A program made the translations under genes and the position numbers. 64,000 bases of DNA from an uncultured Gemmatimonadales bacterium. Lineage in GTDB: Bacteria; Gemmatimonadota; Gemmatimonadetes; Gemmatimonadales; GWC2-71-9. Shown here piece by piece: positions 38,418-47,156 of the stretch; position 1 is the stretch's first letter; every line of letters begins with the position of its first letter. The stretch spans positions 11,367-75,366 of the forward strand of contig CAVQSR010000001.1 of assembly GCA_963716055.1 (NCBI GenBank), in the 5' to 3' direction. The notes beneath the pieces were generated by a model, which did not search any database, had not been told where the DNA came from, and saw only the letters and a program-made list of their open reading frames with translations.

Positions 38418-38800
38418 GGCTTCGGCTCCTCGGCGCCGCCGGCCCAGCGGTGCCAGTACATCCGCATTTCCGAGACCTTGCCTTCCTTTGTTTCGCAGAA
38501 GATCGCCCCACGGGCGTCCACCTGCTCCCCGGTGCGGCGTCGCCGGAACGTGCAGCGGAACTCGGTCGCGAACCAGGGTCCCGCGGCGTAGATCTCGCCC
38601 GACTGGAACCGGACTTCGGCCTGGGTGCGGGGGAGATCGCGCCAGTAGACCCGGATCGCGGCGATCCCGCGGTCCGGCCGGCTGAAGGGGGTCTCGAGGA
38701 AGGTCGCATCATCGGCGAAGATCGAGCAGATGGCGTCCACATCACCCTGTTCCCAACCCTTCCCCAGCCTGTCGATCAGCTCCCGATAGGCGGCCGACAT
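38414..38800 (-). CDS. NTF2/SnoaL-like protein
   Basis: WEQGDVDAICSIFADDA, GIAAIRVYW, GKVSEMRMYW. Confidence 0.85.
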   Translation of the reverse strand: MSAAYRELIDRLGKGWEQGDVDAICSIFADDATFLETPFSRPDRGIAAIRVYWRDLPRTQAEVRFQSGEIYAAGPWFATEFRCTFRRRRTGEQVDARGAIFCETKEGKVSEMRMYWHRWAGGAEEPKP

Positions 38801-38852
38801 GGAGCGAATATACCGGGAAACCGATGGCGCTGCCCGGAGCGTACTCTGGATG

Positions 38853-38870
38853 CACACACACACACACACA
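38853..38870. repeat. (CA)9 microsatellite
   Basis: Read directly, 2 nt before the GGAGG SD. Confidence 0.95.
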
Positions 38871-38884
38871 CCGGAGGAGCTCCG

Positions 38885-39259
38885 ATGAAACAAGTTGCAA
38901 CCTCGCTCCTGGTCGCCCTCTTCGCCGCCGCTCCGATTGCGGCACAGGGCATGGGCCAGGCGTCGGCGGGCGAGAAGATGACGCTCACCGGCCAGGTCGT
39001 GGACGTGAGCTGTTACACGCTGGCCGGCGCGTCGGGTGCGGGGCACCGCGAGTGCGCCCAGATCTGCGCCGACAAGGGGATCGCCCTCGGGATTCTGTCG
39101 GACGGCACGATCTACATCCCGCTCGGCTCGGGCATGGCCAACGCCATGAACCCCAAGCTCCGCGAGCATGCGGAGCGCCAGGTGCGCGTCACCGGCACCC
39201 ACCGGTTCGCGAACGGCGTGCACACCATCGAGGTGGAGTCGGTCACGGCCGCCTCCTGA
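38885..39259 (+). CDS. Secreted hypothetical protein with a C..H..CA..C motif
   Basis: Signal peptide, LTGQVVDVSCY...HRECAQIC; GGAGG SD. Confidence 0.8.
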   Translation: MKQVATSLLVALFAAAPIAAQGMGQASAGEKMTLTGQVVDVSCYTLAGASGAGHRECAQICADKGIALGILSDGTIYIPLGSGMANAMNPKLREHAERQVRVTGTHRFANGVHTIEVESVTAAS

Positions 39260-39261
39260 CG

Positions 39262-40554
39262 ATGCGCAGCGCGCCGGGGGCCGTGCTCCTGGCGGCGACG
39301 TTCGCCGCATGCCGACCCTCCGGCGACGCCGTCGTGCTGTTCACCGGCCGCTCGCCCGCCGCCCACGTGGGCGGCCTCTCGTGGGTGGCCGATCCCGACC
39401 GCAGCCGGCTCGTCGCATTCGACGGCCGGCTGCGCGTCGTGCGGGCCGCCGGGGACGAGCGCCTCGCGCTGCCCATGGCGGTCGCGGCGCTGGGCGATGA
39501 ACTGCTCGTCACCGAGCTGACCGGCGCCGGCATCGTGCTGGACACGGCCGGACGCTTTCGCCGCGAGTGGGAAGGTCCGCACGCCGTGACCCTCTACGCC
39601 GCGCGCGGCGATCGCGTCGTGGCGGCGCGCTCCCCGTACCGCGTGCCGCAGTTCCGCGCCGAGTCGGCGGGCGCGCCCCTGTTCATCGTGCTCGATACGC
39701 TGGGCCGCGCGGTCGAAGGGCTGGCCACCATCCGGATGCCCGATCTCGCGCTGCTCGCGCAGGTAATGAACGCCGGCGCGGTCGCCGCGGGAGCGGACGG
39801 CGACGTATTCTACGCGCCGCTCGTGCGCGACGAGATCCAGCGCTACGATCCGGGGGGGGCCTTGCGGTGGACCGCGACCCGGGGGATCGGCCCCCTGCCC
39901 ATCGTCAACATTGCCCTCGCGCTCGGGCCGGATGGGCGCCTCTATGCCCTCGGGGTCACCGACTCGTCCGCCGCGCGGTTCCGGCTCGACGTGCTCGATG
40001 CCGCGACCGGCCGGATCCTCGAGGGCCGTATCCTCGATTCGACGGAGACCGGCGTCGCGGTCACCGCCCGGGGCCGGCTGCGGTTGTTCGACGCGGCCCG
40101 CGTGCTGGCGGCGGCACGGCCCGGTGAGCGGGAGCCGTTCGGGCCGGCGTTCGCCCTACCGGACCTCGCGGGTGATACCGTGACGCTCGGCCGATTCGCC
40201 GGCCGGGTGACGCTGGTGAACTTCTGGGCCTCGTGGTGCGATCCGTGCCGCGAGGAATTCCCGCACATGGCCGGCCTGTACCGCGAGCTGGACCGGCGCG
40301 ACTTCGAGATCGTCGCCATCTCGGACGACGTGGACGGAGACCGGATGCGGGCGTTCGTCCGGGAGTTCGACCCCCCGTTCCCCATACTCGTGGGCGGCGG
40401 CCGGATGAAGGGGACCTACCATTACCGGGGGCTGCCGTATTCGATCCTGCTCGACCGGCGGGGGCGCATCGTGCAGCGCATCTTCGGATTCGGCGGCGTC
40501 GCCGAATTCGGGCGGCTGCGCGGCGCCATTGCGGAGGAGATTGCGGGCCCGTAG
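39262..40554 (+). CDS. Lipoprotein with beta-propeller-like region and TlpA-type thioredoxin domain
   Basis: FAAC lipobox; LVNFWASWCDPCREE, GLPYSILLDRRG. Confidence 0.85.
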   Translation: MRSAPGAVLLAATFAACRPSGDAVVLFTGRSPAAHVGGLSWVADPDRSRLVAFDGRLRVVRAAGDERLALPMAVAALGDELLVTELTGAGIVLDTAGRFRREWEGPHAVTLYAARGDRVVAARSPYRVPQFRAESAGAPLFIVLDTLGRAVEGLATIRMPDLALLAQVMNAGAVAAGADGDVFYAPLVRDEIQRYDPGGALRWTATRGIGPLPIVNIALALGPDGRLYALGVTDSSAARFRLDVLDAATGRILEGRILDSTETGVAVTARGRLRLFDAARVLAAARPGEREPFGPAFALPDLAGDTVTLGRFAGRVTLVNFWASWCDPCREEFPHMAGLYRELDRRDFEIVAISDDVDGDRMRAFVREFDPPFPILVGGGRMKGTYHYRGLPYSILLDRRGRIVQRIFGFGGVAEFGRLRGAIAEEIAGP

Positions 40555-40563
40555 CCTTGGGGC

Positions 40564-41526
40564 GTGACGGACAGCGCGCCCCCGGCAGCGGCTCTTCCGG
40601 TCGTGATCGACACCGACCCGGGCATCGACGACTGCCTGGCGCTGCTGCTCGCCCTGGCGTCACCCGAGCTGGACGTCCGCGGCGTGGTGGTGAGTTACGG
40701 GAACACGGTGCTCGAGCACGCGCACCGCAACGCCCTCGAGATCGCGCGGCGGGCCGGCCGGCGGCTGGCGGTCGGCGTGAGCGCGCGGCGCCCGCTGCGG
40801 CGGCCGCTCGCGGTGGCGCTCGAGACGCACGCGGCGTCGGGGTTGGGATACGCCGCCGTCCCGGCTCCCGGGTCGGTGCTCGATTTCGCCAGGCCGTTGG
40901 AGCGCCTGCTGGCCGAGCAGCCAGCGCCCGTGACGCTGGTGACGCTCGGCCCGCTTACCGGCCTGGCGAAGGTGCTGCGGCGCGATCCGGGGCTGGTGCG
41001 GGCCAAGGTGGCGCGCCACCTCGCGATGGCCGGCAGCATCGAGGCCGCCGGCAACACGACGCCCTATTCCGAGTTCAATGCCTGGTGTGACCCCGAAGCG
41101 CTGGAGCGGGTGCTGCGGGCCGAGCTGCCGACGGAGCTCGTGGGGCTCGACGTCACGCGCCGCATCGTGCTGCGCGCCTCCGAGGTCGATGCGCTCGCCG
41201 ACGGCGGGCCCCTGGCGGGGTGGCTGCATGACGCGCTGCGCTTCTACGTCGAGTTCCACCGCCAGTACGAGAAGCTGAACGGCTGCGTCGTGAACGACGT
41301 TCTGCCCATCGCCGCCCTGATCGACCCGGACGTGCTCAAGTGGTCGCCGCTCCGCGTCGCGGTGGGGCTGGCGGACGGCGACGAGCGCGGCCGCACGCGC
41401 GTGGACCCCGAAGGGGCTCGCGTGCGGGTGGCGACCGGCGTGAAACCCGAGCGGGTGCGAGAGCTCGTGGCCGCCCGCGTGCTGGACCCGGCGATGCGCC
41501 GGGCGACGACGGAGGTGTCGCGGTGA
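40564..41526 (+). CDS. Nucleoside hydrolase (IUNH family)
   Basis: DTDPGIDD, LGPLT, SEFNAWCDP, GLDVT. Confidence 0.92.
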   Translation: MTDSAPPAAALPVVIDTDPGIDDCLALLLALASPELDVRGVVVSYGNTVLEHAHRNALEIARRAGRRLAVGVSARRPLRRPLAVALETHAASGLGYAAVPAPGSVLDFARPLERLLAEQPAPVTLVTLGPLTGLAKVLRRDPGLVRAKVARHLAMAGSIEAAGNTTPYSEFNAWCDPEALERVLRAELPTELVGLDVTRRIVLRASEVDALADGGPLAGWLHDALRFYVEFHRQYEKLNGCVVNDVLPIAALIDPDVLKWSPLRVAVGLADGDERGRTRVDPEGARVRVATGVKPERVRELVAARVLDPAMRRATTEVSR

Positions 41527-42482
41527 CCACCATGCCCCGCAAGGTCGCGGTCATCGGCACGGGAGACATCGGATGCGGCTGGGCCGCGTTGTGCGCTGCC
41601 GCCGGCTGGCCGGTCACGATGTTCGACACGGACGGTGAGCGGGCCGAGCAGGCCACGCTCGAGGTGGCGCGCCGCGCCCGGGCGCTCGTGAGCTTCGAGC
41701 GCGCCCAGCGTGACACGGTGGAGAGCGGTCTGCGGCAGCTGGAACACGGCCGCAGCCTGCTGCAGGCCGTGCGCGAGGCGGACTGGGTGATCGAGGCGGT
41801 GGACGAGGACCTGCAGACCAAGCAGACCGCGTTTGAGCGGATCGAAGAGGTCGCGTCGCGCGACGCGCTGCTGACGAGCTCCACGAGCGGGCTCACCCCC
41901 AACGACGTGTTCGGCCGCTGCCGCGTGCAGGGACGCTGTCTGGTCGCCCATCCCCTCAATCCGCCGGAGCTCGTGCCGCTCGTGGAGCTTGTCCCCACGG
42001 ATTTCACCGATCCGGCCGCCATGCAGCGCGCGGATGCCTACCTGCGCGGCCTGGGCCGCATCCCCATCGCGCTGAAGCGCGCGGTACCGGGATTCGTGGT
42101 GGGGCGGATCGCCGCGGCGGTCTGGCGCGAGTGCATCGACCTCGTGCTGCAGGACGTGATCGACGTGGACGATCTCGACCGCGCCGTGTCGCTCGGGCCG
42201 GCGCTCGGTTGGGCCGCGGCGGGTCCGCACCTCACCTACCATCTGAGCGCCGAGCAGGGTGGCGTGCAGATCTTTCTGCAACGGCTGCTCACGTCGTTCG
42301 AGGCGTGGTGGGGCGCGCTGGCGTCGTGGGACAAGCTCGAAGCGGAGCAGCAATACGCACTGATCCAGTCGATCGAGCGCACCTACCAGGAGAAGATCGA
42401 GATGCTGCGCGAGGCGCGGGATCGCCGGCTCAACGCGATCCTGCACGCTCTGGAAGAAGCCCGGACTGACGGCGGCGGCTGA
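41523..42482 (+). CDS. 3-hydroxyacyl-CoA/carnitine dehydrogenase family protein
   Basis: GTGDIG, EAVDE, SSTSG, HPLNPP..PLVE. Confidence 0.88.
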   Translation: MTTMPRKVAVIGTGDIGCGWAALCAAAGWPVTMFDTDGERAEQATLEVARRARALVSFERAQRDTVESGLRQLEHGRSLLQAVREADWVIEAVDEDLQTKQTAFERIEEVASRDALLTSSTSGLTPNDVFGRCRVQGRCLVAHPLNPPELVPLVELVPTDFTDPAAMQRADAYLRGLGRIPIALKRAVPGFVVGRIAAAVWRECIDLVLQDVIDVDDLDRAVSLGPALGWAAAGPHLTYHLSAEQGGVQIFLQRLLTSFEAWWGALASWDKLEAEQQYALIQSIERTYQEKIEMLREARDRRLNAILHALEEARTDGGG

Positions 42483-42491
42483 GGGCGCGGC

Positions 42492-43145
42492 TCACCACAC
42501 GCCGGGCACCAGGCGGTACGGCACGCGCGCCGCGTACTCCGGGTAGCCCGGCAGGGCGCCCCTCACGAAGCGATCTTCCAGCGCCGCCCGGCGCAGCACA
42601 AACCCCACCATCACCAGCGTCAGCCCCACCGCGAGCCACGACCCCAGCGCCAGCCCCGAGGCCGGCATCCCGAGCAGCATCCCCGCGTACCCCGGGTGGC
42701 GCACCCACGCGTAGGGACCGGTCGTGATCAGCTGGTGACCGCGCTCCTGTTGCAGTCGCACCGCCGGGATGAAGAAGCGGTTCACCGACACCGCCCACAG
42801 GATCAGCGCGAAGGCGAGCGCGAAGCCGGCGAGGCCCGCGCTGCGCGCGGCGTGGGGCACGGTGTCCGCGACGTGCCACCGGCCCACGTCCAGCGCGCCC
42901 ACCACCATATGGGCCACCGCCAGCGTGCGAAACACCGGCGGGCTCAGGGGATCCGCGCCCCGCGGCCCGCGCGCGAGCCGGGCCCGCATCGTCTCTTCGG
43001 GCACGAGCGCGGCGCCCAGCAGTCCGACCGCCGCCCACACGCCGACGTACGCCCAGAGCAACCGGTCCGCCCACCGGCCCGACAGCCCGATCACGACGGC
43101 CGCAATGGCGGCGCTCACGAGCAGCCAGCGGAGGAGGCGCAACAC
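42492..43145 (-). CDS. Isoprenylcysteine carboxylmethyltransferase/PEMT family membrane protein
   Basis: LITTGPYAWVRHPGY, ED...LPGYPEY...RLVPGVW. Confidence 0.9.
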   Translation of the reverse strand: MLRLLRWLLVSAAIAAVVIGLSGRWADRLLWAYVGVWAAVGLLGAALVPEETMRARLARGPRGADPLSPPVFRTLAVAHMVVGALDVGRWHVADTVPHAARSAGLAGFALAFALILWAVSVNRFFIPAVRLQQERGHQLITTGPYAWVRHPGYAGMLLGMPASGLALGSWLAVGLTLVMVGFVLRRAALEDRFVRGALPGYPEYAARVPYRLVPGVW

Positions 43146-43151
43146 GCCGCT

Positions 43152-44120
43152 CTAGAAGCCGTGCTCGAGGCTGAGGTACACGAGCACCGCGTCGGCGCCG
43201 TGGCTCGTCCCGAGGCCGCGCGCGTAGCCGAGCCCGGGGACGATCTGGAGACCACTCGCGAAGTCGTGCGCCCAGCGGACGCCGGGCACCAGGAGCAGCT
43301 CCTCGGTCGGCGCGGTCGCGCCGGGTCCGGTCACTTCGTCACCCCGTCCCCACGACACCTCGACCAGCACGTTGAACCGGGGACGCGCGAGCCACACGGC
43401 GCTGGCGCCCAGGTTGACCGCAGTGGTCGCCGCCCGAGCGCCGGTCGCAGCCGCCGCGCGCGGCACCCAGGTGGCGCCCGCATTCCAGTGCGTGACGAAG
43501 CGCGGGCCGGCTCGTACGCTCACCGGCAGGTTGAACTGAACGCCGACCGCGTCGTCGCCCACGCCGCGGGAGGCGCTGCCGGTCGGCAGCTGGAGCGACA
43601 CTCGCGGTGCCGCGGCCACCGGCCCCTCGCCGCCCACGAGCTGATAGCGGTAGTTGAGCACCATGTCGCCCAACCGCGCCCGGCCGCCGGCGTCCTCGAG
43701 CACCGGCACCGTGAAGCCGAGCTGGTGGGACGGCGAGAAGAACGGCCACTCCTGCGTGAAGCCGTATGCCCAAGACCCGTCCCGGCCGCGCTGCACGACG
43801 CTGATGTGCTGCACCACGCGGGATTCCTGGTTGTACGCCTCCTCGATCAGGAAGCTGTTGTCGGCGATGGGGGCCTGGGCGGGCAGCGGGAGGACGGCCA
43901 TCGCGGCTGCCACTGCCGGCAGATGGACGAAACGGACGAGGCGGACGGAAACTGAGCGCGCAGGGATGTGTCCGTCGTGTCCGTCTCGTCCGTCTCGTCC
44001 GTCTTGTCCGTCTCGTCCGTCTTGTCCGTCTTGTCCGTCTTGTCCGTCTTGTCCGTCTTGTCCGTCTTGTCCGTCTCGTCCGTCTCGTCCGTCTCGTCCG
44101 TCTCGTCCGTCGCTTTTCAT
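43152..44120 (-). CDS. Putative outer-membrane beta-barrel ('transporter' family) with N-terminal (DGX)16 repeat
   Basis: IADNSFLIEEAYNQE, LQLPTG, ends YLSLEHGF; ATG overlaps the ZIP stop. Confidence 0.75.
   Translation of the reverse strand: MKSDGRDGRDGRDGRDGQDGQDGQDGQDGQDGQDGRDGQDGRDGRDGHDGHIPARSVSVRLVRFVHLPAVAAAMAVLPLPAQAPIADNSFLIEEAYNQESRVVQHISVVQRGRDGSWAYGFTQEWPFFSPSHQLGFTVPVLEDAGGRARLGDMVLNYRYQLVGGEGPVAAAPRVSLQLPTGSASRGVGDDAVGVQFNLPVSVRAGPRFVTHWNAGATWVPRAAAATGARAATTAVNLGASAVWLARPRFNVLVEVSWGRGDEVTGPGATAPTEELLLVPGVRWAHDFASGLQIVPGLGYARGLGTSHGADAVLVYLSLEHGF
43921..44112. repeat. 9-mer tandem repeat x16 (YGTCCGTCK) with a 3-unit inverted arm
   Basis: 43969-44112 is 16x9 bp; AGATGGACG AAACGGACG AGGCGGACG at 43921-43947. 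Confidence 0.95.
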
Positions 44121-45277
44121 GCCGCCACCAGCAATCCCGTCGCGTACATCACCGCGATTCCCGCGGCGACGCCGAGGGCGTTGAGGGGCGTCCACACGGT
44201 GCCGCCCGCCTGGCGCGCCACGGCGCGGTACAGCACGCCCACCACCTGGAGGATGGCGCCGGCGCCGACGCCGAGCGCGATCGTGGCCAACAACGGCGAA
44301 TACGCGAGGCCGCCGAGCCACGCTCCCGCGATCGTCGGGGCGCCCGCGATGAGGCCCGCGGCGGCGAGCGTCGTGAGCCGTGGCTCGTCGCGCGCGATGG
44401 GAGCCACGATGCCGAGGCCTTCGGTGGTGTTGTGGATCATGAAGCCGACGATGAGGAACGCGCCGAGGCTCACGGCGCCCTGGGCGTACGCCGCCCCGAT
44501 CGCGAGCCCCTCGCCGAAGTTGTGCAGCCCGATGCCGACGGCGATCAGGAAGGCGAGGCGGATGCGGGAGTCGCGCTCGCCACCCGTGGCGCCGCGCCCC
44601 ACGCCGCCCACCGCCTGGAGCAGCAGCCACGTCCCCAGGACGGTCAGGGCGACCACGCCGGTCCCGTGGAGGGCGCCCGCCACGAGGCCGGCGGTCTCGA
44701 GCGCTTCGGTCACGGCCTCGAACGCGAGGAACACGAGCAGCCCCGCGGTGAGGGCGAGCGCGAAACCGATCCAGCGCGGGTCCACCCGCTTGAGGAACGG
44801 CAGCCACAACAGGCCGATGGCGACGGGGAGCACCCCGACGTAAACGCCGACCAGGGTGAATCCCAGGAAGTAGCCCGCGTCCGCGGCCGGCGTGGCGGCG
44901 GCGACCGCGATCTCGTGATCGAACGTGATGCCGTTCGAGGTCACGAGACGGATGTGCACCGGCTCGCCTTCCACCCAGGGATAGGGAATGTCGACGGTGG
45001 CGCGGTCCAGCCGGCCGAGCTCGCGGGCAGGACGCACGGTGTGCGCCCAGAACGCCTCGTCCACCATCACCTGGCTCAGGGTCACGGGATCGGGGCCGCC
45101 GTTGATGACCTCGACCGTCACGCGGCCGGGCGCGAGGCGGACGCGATCGACGGTGAGCTCCTCGACCGGCGGCAGGCCGCGCGCCAGCGACCGCAGCGAG
45201 CCGCCCTCGAGCACGAGGAGCGACAGCACCGCCAGCAGTCCGAGCGGCAGGGCGAACCACAGCAGCTTACGGTACAT
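44117..45277 (-). CDS. ZIP-family metal transporter with N-terminal extracytoplasmic domain
   Basis: HNFGEGLAIG and HNTTEG motifs, multiple TM; soluble beta-rich domain after the first TM. Confidence 0.9.
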   Translation of the reverse strand: MYRKLLWFALPLGLLAVLSLLVLEGGSLRSLARGLPPVEELTVDRVRLAPGRVTVEVINGGPDPVTLSQVMVDEAFWAHTVRPARELGRLDRATVDIPYPWVEGEPVHIRLVTSNGITFDHEIAVAAATPAADAGYFLGFTLVGVYVGVLPVAIGLLWLPFLKRVDPRWIGFALALTAGLLVFLAFEAVTEALETAGLVAGALHGTGVVALTVLGTWLLLQAVGGVGRGATGGERDSRIRLAFLIAVGIGLHNFGEGLAIGAAYAQGAVSLGAFLIVGFMIHNTTEGLGIVAPIARDEPRLTTLAAAGLIAGAPTIAGAWLGGLAYSPLLATIALGVGAGAILQVVGVLYRAVARQAGGTVWTPLNALGVAAGIAVMYATGLLVAA

Positions 45278-46287
45278 CAGTCGGCCAGCGGCACGTCGTC
45301 GCGCACGTCGAACACTCCCATCCAGCCCAGCTCCGTGAACTCCGACTGGTGGGCGTGGAACATGAAGCGGCCAGCGTGGCGGTAGGTGAATTCGAGGATG
45401 TGACGCTCCCCCTGGCACATCATGATGGTGTCGGTGAAGTCGCTCGGCACGAGGGACGTGCCCGTGCGATACACATGGAAGAAATTGCCGTGGATGTGCA
45501 GCGAGTTCACCAGGTCGAACTCCAACACGTTCACCAGGTAGATGCGGACCAGTTCGTTGCGCCGCAGCGGGATGGGGTGGGCCTGGTAGGCGAACGGGAC
45601 GGTGTTCGCGGCGTAGATCTCGTTCTCGCCGTCGAAGTTGACGTCGAACCCGTTCATCACCATCACGAGCTCGCGCGCCGGCGGCCGCGGGGTTTTGGGA
45701 TCGATAATGAACGTTCCGTAGAGCCCCTTGGCGATGTGCTTCTTGATCGGGATCGTGTGGCAGTGATAGAGATGCAGGCCGAACGGCTCCGCGTCGAACT
45801 CGTACACGTAGCTGCCGCCCGGGGGCACCACCTCGAACACGCCGTCCATGTTCGCCGGGTGCACGCCGTGAAAGTGGATCGTATGGTCGTGGGCCCCGCC
45901 GTTGACGAAGTGCACCCGCACCAGGTCGCCCTCTGTCGCGCGCAGCGTGGGCCCGGGCACGCGGCCGTTGAAGGTCCAGGCGGGATAGAACACGCCGGGC
46001 ATCACTTCCAGGTTGCGGTCCGACGCGACGATGCGGAACTCGCGCACGGTGCGGCCGTCGGGCCGCCGCGTGGCGGTGCCGTAGTCGAACTCCGTGAGGA
46101 ACGCCATGGGGTCGATGCCGGCCCCCGCGGGCACGCCGCCGGTCATGACGGCGTGCGGATCGACGGCATGCGCCATCGCGCCCCGGTCGGTGGCGGCGGC
46201 GGCGCGCGCCATGGGACCCGCCGCGGCGACGCCGGCGGCGCCGAGGAGACCGCGCTTCAGCGCCTCGCGGCGCGAGAGTGGCGTCAT
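45277..46287 (-). CDS. Tat-exported two-domain multicopper oxidase (type C pattern)
   Basis: SRREALK Tat motif; HTIHFH, HCH..H..GL in domain 1; NSLHIH, HAH (no Cys) in domain 2. Confidence 0.9.
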   Translation of the reverse strand: MTPLSRREALKRGLLGAAGVAAAGPMARAAAATDRGAMAHAVDPHAVMTGGVPAGAGIDPMAFLTEFDYGTATRRPDGRTVREFRIVASDRNLEVMPGVFYPAWTFNGRVPGPTLRATEGDLVRVHFVNGGAHDHTIHFHGVHPANMDGVFEVVPPGGSYVYEFDAEPFGLHLYHCHTIPIKKHIAKGLYGTFIIDPKTPRPPARELVMVMNGFDVNFDGENEIYAANTVPFAYQAHPIPLRRNELVRIYLVNVLEFDLVNSLHIHGNFFHVYRTGTSLVPSDFTDTIMMCQGERHILEFTYRHAGRFMFHAHQSEFTELGWMGVFDVRDDVPLAD

Positions 46288-46988
46288 GGGCGTGTCTCGA
46301 GGCGCGCGGGCTCGCACCGCAGCGTCCGGGCGAGGTCGCGTCCGACCACGACCTCGCGGCCCCCGGCGTCCACGATGGTGGGTCCGTTGAACGGCTGGCG
46401 CATCGTGATGGTCAGGTGGCGGCCGGGCATGAGCCCCTGCTCGGCCAGGTAGCGCAGCATTTCGGGATCGTCGTCATTCACCTGCCGCAGCACGACCGCC
46501 GTGCCGACGGGGATGTCGGCGAGCGAGGCGAGCTCCTGCTCGTCAATGTCGCCGTCCACGGTCGGGATCGGCGCCCCGTGCGGATCGAACAGCGGATCGC
46601 CCAGCGATCGCGCCATGCGCGCGATCAGGTCGTCGGACACGGCGTGCTCGAGCCGCTCGGCCTCGTCGTGGACGGAGTCCCAGTCGTAGCCCAGAAAGCG
46701 GGCGAGGTACAGCTCGATGACGCGATGCCGTCGAATCGTACGGAGCGCCCCTCGCCGTCCCTGGGACGTCAGCTGGACGCCGCGATACGGCACGTGCTCG
46801 ATCAGGCCGGCTTCCGACAGGCGCTTCACCATGCCGCTCACCGACGGCGGCGCCACTGCGAGCAGGTGCGCGATCTCGCTGGTCGCGGCAAACCCCCCCT
46901 GGCTCGACAGGCGGTAGATCGTCTTCAGATAGTCCTCGACCGAGGGGCTCAGCGCATCGGGGTCGGGGTGCAGTGTGGCAGGGCTCAC
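46284..46988 (-). CDS. DtxR/MntR-family metal-dependent repressor with FeoA domain
   Basis: EDYLKTIY, RRHRVIE, HDEAERLEH, DPHGAPIP. Confidence 0.94.
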   Translation of the reverse strand: MSPATLHPDPDALSPSVEDYLKTIYRLSSQGGFAATSEIAHLLAVAPPSVSGMVKRLSEAGLIEHVPYRGVQLTSQGRRGALRTIRRHRVIELYLARFLGYDWDSVHDEAERLEHAVSDDLIARMARSLGDPLFDPHGAPIPTVDGDIDEQELASLADIPVGTAVVLRQVNDDDPEMLRYLAEQGLMPGRHLTITMRQPFNGPTIVDAGGREVVVGRDLARTLRCEPARLETRP

Positions 46989-47069
46989 ATCATGCTCGCA
47001 CGTGAATGCGACAGTGAATTACCGACTGTTGACGGCGTATCCCACTGCGTCTCAACAGTTTCAAGAAAA

Positions 47070-47089
47070 ATTAGTGGACACTAATCTAA
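47070..47089. promoter_or_regulatory. DtxR-type operator palindrome
   Basis: ATTAGTG-GA-CACTAAT(CTAA) in the most AT-rich patch, ~80 bp upstream of the regulator; resembles TTAGGTTAGCCTAACCTAA-type boxes. Confidence 0.7.
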
Positions 47090-47156
47090 TAATGCCGTGA
47101 CACGAAATCAATTGTTATGCAACACTATGTCGCACAATGAGATGACGGCGGAGCGG

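Noticed and set aside
43152-45260. 702-aa collagen-like fusion protein
   Set aside because: The upstream part is the off-frame shadow of the ZIP gene; the G-X-Y periodicity comes from a 9-bp DNA repeat with an inverted partner arm.
45277-46287. Copper nitrite reductase (NirK) call
   Set aside because: The HxH/HCH/HxH/HAH set indicates a trinuclear-cluster two-domain MCO, and the context is metal homeostasis.
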